Source: Azolla caroliniana
Lineage: Eukaryota > Plantae > Polypodiophyta
Length of the DNA: 64,000 nt
Direction of reading: 5' to 3'
NCBI GenBank assembly: GCA_043228905.1
Contig: JBHGNT010000022.1
Coordinates: 10,478,001-10,542,000 of the forward strand
The position numbers and the translations under genes were made by a program. The notes beneath the pieces are model-generated. The model did no database searches and was not told the DNA's origin. It saw only the letters and a list, made by a program, of their open reading frames with translations. How positions within the stretch are numbered: the first letter of the stretch is position 1; each line of letters begins with the position of its first letter. This document shows positions 60,520-64,000 of this stretch, one piece after another.

Positions 60520-61533
60520 TGTCATGATATAGCATGGTATGGCTTCAAAAGGATTCGAACCCATGACCTTGTGTCACATGGGTTGAAACCCTACCATTAA
60601 ACTATACATTGTAATACACATTAGAATACGGGTCCCTTCGGATGGGAAGAGAAGAGCCGAGTTGATGAGAAACTATCGGCCTCGGCCGAAACCGATATCG
60701 TGTAGACAATCAACTCAAAAGACTATACTTGTAAATAGTCTAAATATGCCCTTATGGGCTACACTTGTAAATAACCCAAAAGGTGTACTAGTATAAGTAC
60801 TTAGGGAAATCATAATATGATGATGAGTTATTGGTAAAAGTTACTAAAAAGGTTGTTGCCTCTGTAACTGTGTAACAGTAAGTGAGTGAGAGTGAGAGAG
60901 TGTGCAAATGTGTAGCCATCTGTTGACGAACTAGAATCTCGAGGTTGTTGCCTCGAAGCTTCTCGTTGTACTCCTCCTTTCAGCATAGTGATTCTGTTTC
61001 TTGGGGTTTGTGGACCCCCATGGTTTTCCCATTTCGACTTTCCACGTTAAGATTGTGTGTCTTTGTCCCACGTACTTTGTCTAAGTGCATTCTACTTTAC
61101 GTTCCTACACCCTAACATCCGAACGAGAAACCGGTTATGGCCGGTCATGATTCTCGACAATACAAAGAATATTGTTTTCATTTATTATTTCACTTAGAAA
61201 ATCCATGTATATTCTAGATTTCTCTACAACATTCTAGAAATGTTTGGAGTACTCCTAAGCACATTATAAAAAGAGGCACATGGCATTATTGAGAACCAAT
61301 TCGGTTCAATATCAGTCTTAAGCACCCTAGTGGTTCTTGTATCTTTATCCTTATCAATTTTGACTATATCTCCTCCCTTTGGATCATTTTTTTACCCCGA
61401 CGGTTGAGCCATAAAATAGTTCTTTTTTTATGGGTAATTTTTTTGTATTTGGGTGCGGGGGGAATGTATGCGTCCTAAAAACCGTAAAATATGTATCTTC
61501 TATTACCATTCTCTCTCTCTCTCTCTCTCTCTC
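60520..61533 (+). repeat. E1 3' LTR, interrupted twice and truncated at the (CT)n tract
   Basis: Matches 6904-7240 in three blocks: 60520-60618, 61160-61354 and 61488-61533. Confidence 0.85.
60619..61159 (+). mobile_element. Solo LTR (probably Tork-like Copia) inserted in the E1 3' LTR
   Basis: TSD ATACA and 3' end ..TCTCGACA, with a degenerate 5' terminus. The U5 motif TGGTTTTCCC...TTTCCACGTTAA resembles the Copia C LTR. Confidence 0.7.
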
Positions 61534-61738
61534 TTTTATTTTTTATTTATCGTAATTAGCTTACCCTAGTGGTAAGTCAATAACACTACAAGCACTATGT
61601 CTTCGGTTCGAAACCCAATTTCCTCACCTCTCTATTATATACTTCATATATATCTCTATTTCACTAGATGCCACTGTGGAATGTAGGGGTTGAACCCATG
61701 ACCACCTGGTCTCCATTGGGCAACCTTCCCAACTGACA

Positions 61739-61769
<31 letters not shown>

Positions 61770-62035
61770 TTCAAAGCTCTCTGTAAGTTCACTCCGGCCA
61801 TAGTTTTCTACGTTCTATAACTCGTTGGAAAGCTCTTTCAGAGAGCTTTCTATTGAATGTTCATTTACTGAATTCCGTTACTGTGGCGAGAAGTTATGAG
61901 CATTTTCATCCACAGCCATCTTTGCCCCACGGTTCCTCAAACGCAAGGTAGATTTTGAAGCCCTAAATCGAGTGAAAGGTACATTCTCTCTCCTTCCCTC
62001 TCTGTCTCTCTCTTCTCGTAGGGTTTGTCCCTACA

Positions 62036-62530
62036 ATGGCAAATACTCGTAAAGCCGCCACAAAGTTCGGGGGTATGATTGATAATGAACCGAGATCACC
62101 AACAAATCTCGATTCCAATGCAATGGACAAAATGCTTATGAGTCACTTGATTTCTCTTCAAGAAACCATAAACAAGCAAGGTGAAGAGATTAGGACGTTA
62201 ATGAAAGAGAATGCTAAGCTCCAAAGTGTTGTCATTGAGAATGAAAGTCTTAAACAAGTGGTTGCAAAACTTCAAGAAAAGATTCAATAATGTAAAAGAG
62301 CTTCTTTCGAAACAAATGAGCGCCTTAACAAGATTGACTTAAAGGAAGCATTAAAAGAAGAAAAATTGGACACGATGAGACCAGATGTAAGTGAGATGAA
62401 AAATGTATCTACAACGAAGTCATGGGCCGATGTATGTGGTGGGGATGTGCCATCAAACTCATCTAATATGCATGTGATGCATCAAGAGAAGAATATAGAA
62501 AGCATAGATGTCCGAGAATTGAGAGAACGT
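62036..62530 (+). pseudogene. Retroelement ORF1/gag-like N-terminus (coiled coil, SWADVC, ELRER), truncated by the E8 insertion
   Basis: ORFs 62036..62290 and 62366..62530 are in frame across one stop. The coiled coil plus SWA.V motif resembles LINE ORF1 proteins. Confidence 0.45.
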
Positions 62531-64000
62531 TGTCGTGTGGCGCGTGACACATGTGCCAAACGTCGGGATGTGCGCGTCACAAGCACGGACAAGTATGGAG
62601 CCTCTATCCGCTAGTGGTTATGGGTGATGGGCGGTTGAAGTGACGCACTAATGTGGTTAGAGTGAGAGAGAGAGAAACAGAAATTGAGGAAGTTTTTAAG
62701 ATAGATAGATAGATAGATAGATACACATCACCAATAAGATAACTAAGTTTTCTTATTATTAATTTTCGATTTGATACATAGATTGATTCATAGATTGTTT
62801 GATTCATCCATCCATTGATCCCCCCCCATTACACAAGCCTTTCGAGGGTTTTTATAGGTTTATCTATCCTTCTAACATGCACAAAACCATGGGCTTGAAC
62901 CCATGGTTTTCGGGCACACGGTTTTCCTTGTGGCATGCACAAAACCATAGGCTAAAACCATGGTTTTGTGTACACGGTTTTGTATGTTTGTTTCCTATGG
63001 AATACTAAATATGAGAAGGAAATATACAAAATCTAAAGCACTTAGTAGTAGCTTTAGTGGTAAGATAATTGTTTCCTATCTTAGAAGTGCAAGGTTCAAA
63101 TCTTGCTTGCACCCTTCTATATGCACTTGAATGTCATCAAACCCTAGACTAATTTTCATATTTATAATCATGTGTATAATGTGTGTGAATCCACACTATT
63201 TCACAATTTCTCCCATTGGACACAGAACATCACGACATCCACCCCCACCAAACCGCACATCCTCCGGCATGTGCCAAGAAGAAAAGAGTGATGTGGCGGA
63301 GTCAAAAGGTGGTTTGTCTTTGATTTCCTCCTTCCTTACGCGTTGTCCTTTGTCCTCCATTTTGAGTACATGCATTTCTTCCACCCGATCAACCATATCA
63401 TTCAATCGCCTTTCGCATTTCCATGACCACTTGTCGTAGCCCCTTTTGCTCCTCTTGAGCGTAACTCTTCATGCATCGTACATGTGCCGCCTTCATCCCG
63501 ACCATCTCCTTGGTCATGAAACTTCCTCGGATCGTCTTTTCTCATCTTATGCTTGCTTTTCCTCATGCTCACAACATCAAAATTATCATTAGACACATCC
63601 CAAACCATCCTAACATTTTGTAGATTATCCTCAATACTATCAACTTTAATCCTGTCCTTCCCACACATATTCACAACATCAACATCATCATGATACTCAT
63701 CCCAAATAACATTTTCTAGATTTTCCATACTTATACCCTTGTAATCATTATGTAACCCCACGTCATCATGGACATATTTTTGTAGAATGTCCTCATCATC
63801 GCAAATCCCTATTCTATTTTCATAATGGATGTCCTCATGAATGTCACCATTTGATCTAGTGAAACTCTTATAAAATCTATCCTGAAGAAAACCAAGGCAA
63901 CCTAAAACACACAATTCCTTTTCGTCGTTCTCACCCTCATCATTACCCTTATCATAACCATATCCACAAAAAGTGCACAACTTTTTACCATCATAACCCT
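62531..64000 (-). mobile_element. E8: 3' LTR (62531-63237), PPT and degenerate acidic ORF of an LTR element continuing beyond the window
   Basis: Termini are TGTCGTG...CACGACA. The minus-strand PPT GGTGGGGGTGGA abuts the LTR. ORF 63402..63980 is low complexity. Confidence 0.72.

Larger units (their letters stand above)
6904..61533 (+). mobile_element. E1: outermost Ty3/gypsy chromovirus-lineage (Tcn1-like) element, interrupted by E2
   Basis: 5' LTR 6904-7363, gag/protease 7440-8827, RT-RH-INT 58020-60360, PPT AAGGGGGTTTAG at 60508-60519 and 3' LTR from 60520. The frame PIDLQ|PGKEPPWGPIYN joins across the E2 insertion. Confidence 0.88.

Overview
This window is eukaryotic plant heterochromatin, most likely from a moss or another early land plant (inferred from Tcn1-like chromoviruses and Phygy-like non-chromovirus gypsy elements). 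It is almost entirely nested retrotransposons. At the left are an L1-type LINE (1-~4400, minus strand, carrying a solo LTR), a pseudogenised malectin-like receptor kinase exon and a Copia fragment. A chromovirus (E1, 6904-~61533) contains a second chromovirus (E2, 8828-58014). E2 contains four related non-chromovirus gypsy elements (E3 10313-29218, E4 14041-23163, E5 ~39825-50616, E6 42390-48696), three Copia elements and a degenerate LTR element. Most junctions could be confirmed from LTR termini and 5-bp TSDs. The most unusual signal is in the E3/E4/E6 family: it has no polypurine tract. In its place, exactly 2 nt from the 3' LTR, lies a conserved copy of a tRNA-like 3' end (GTCCCACGGGCGTGCCA), effectively a second PBS on the opposite strand. 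The same family carries a large extra 3' ORF with a PMD-like N-terminal domain plus coiled coils. The chromoviruses show Tf1-style self-priming signatures, and several LTRs carry antisense tRNA-like A/B-box modules. All calls were made by eye, with no database searches.
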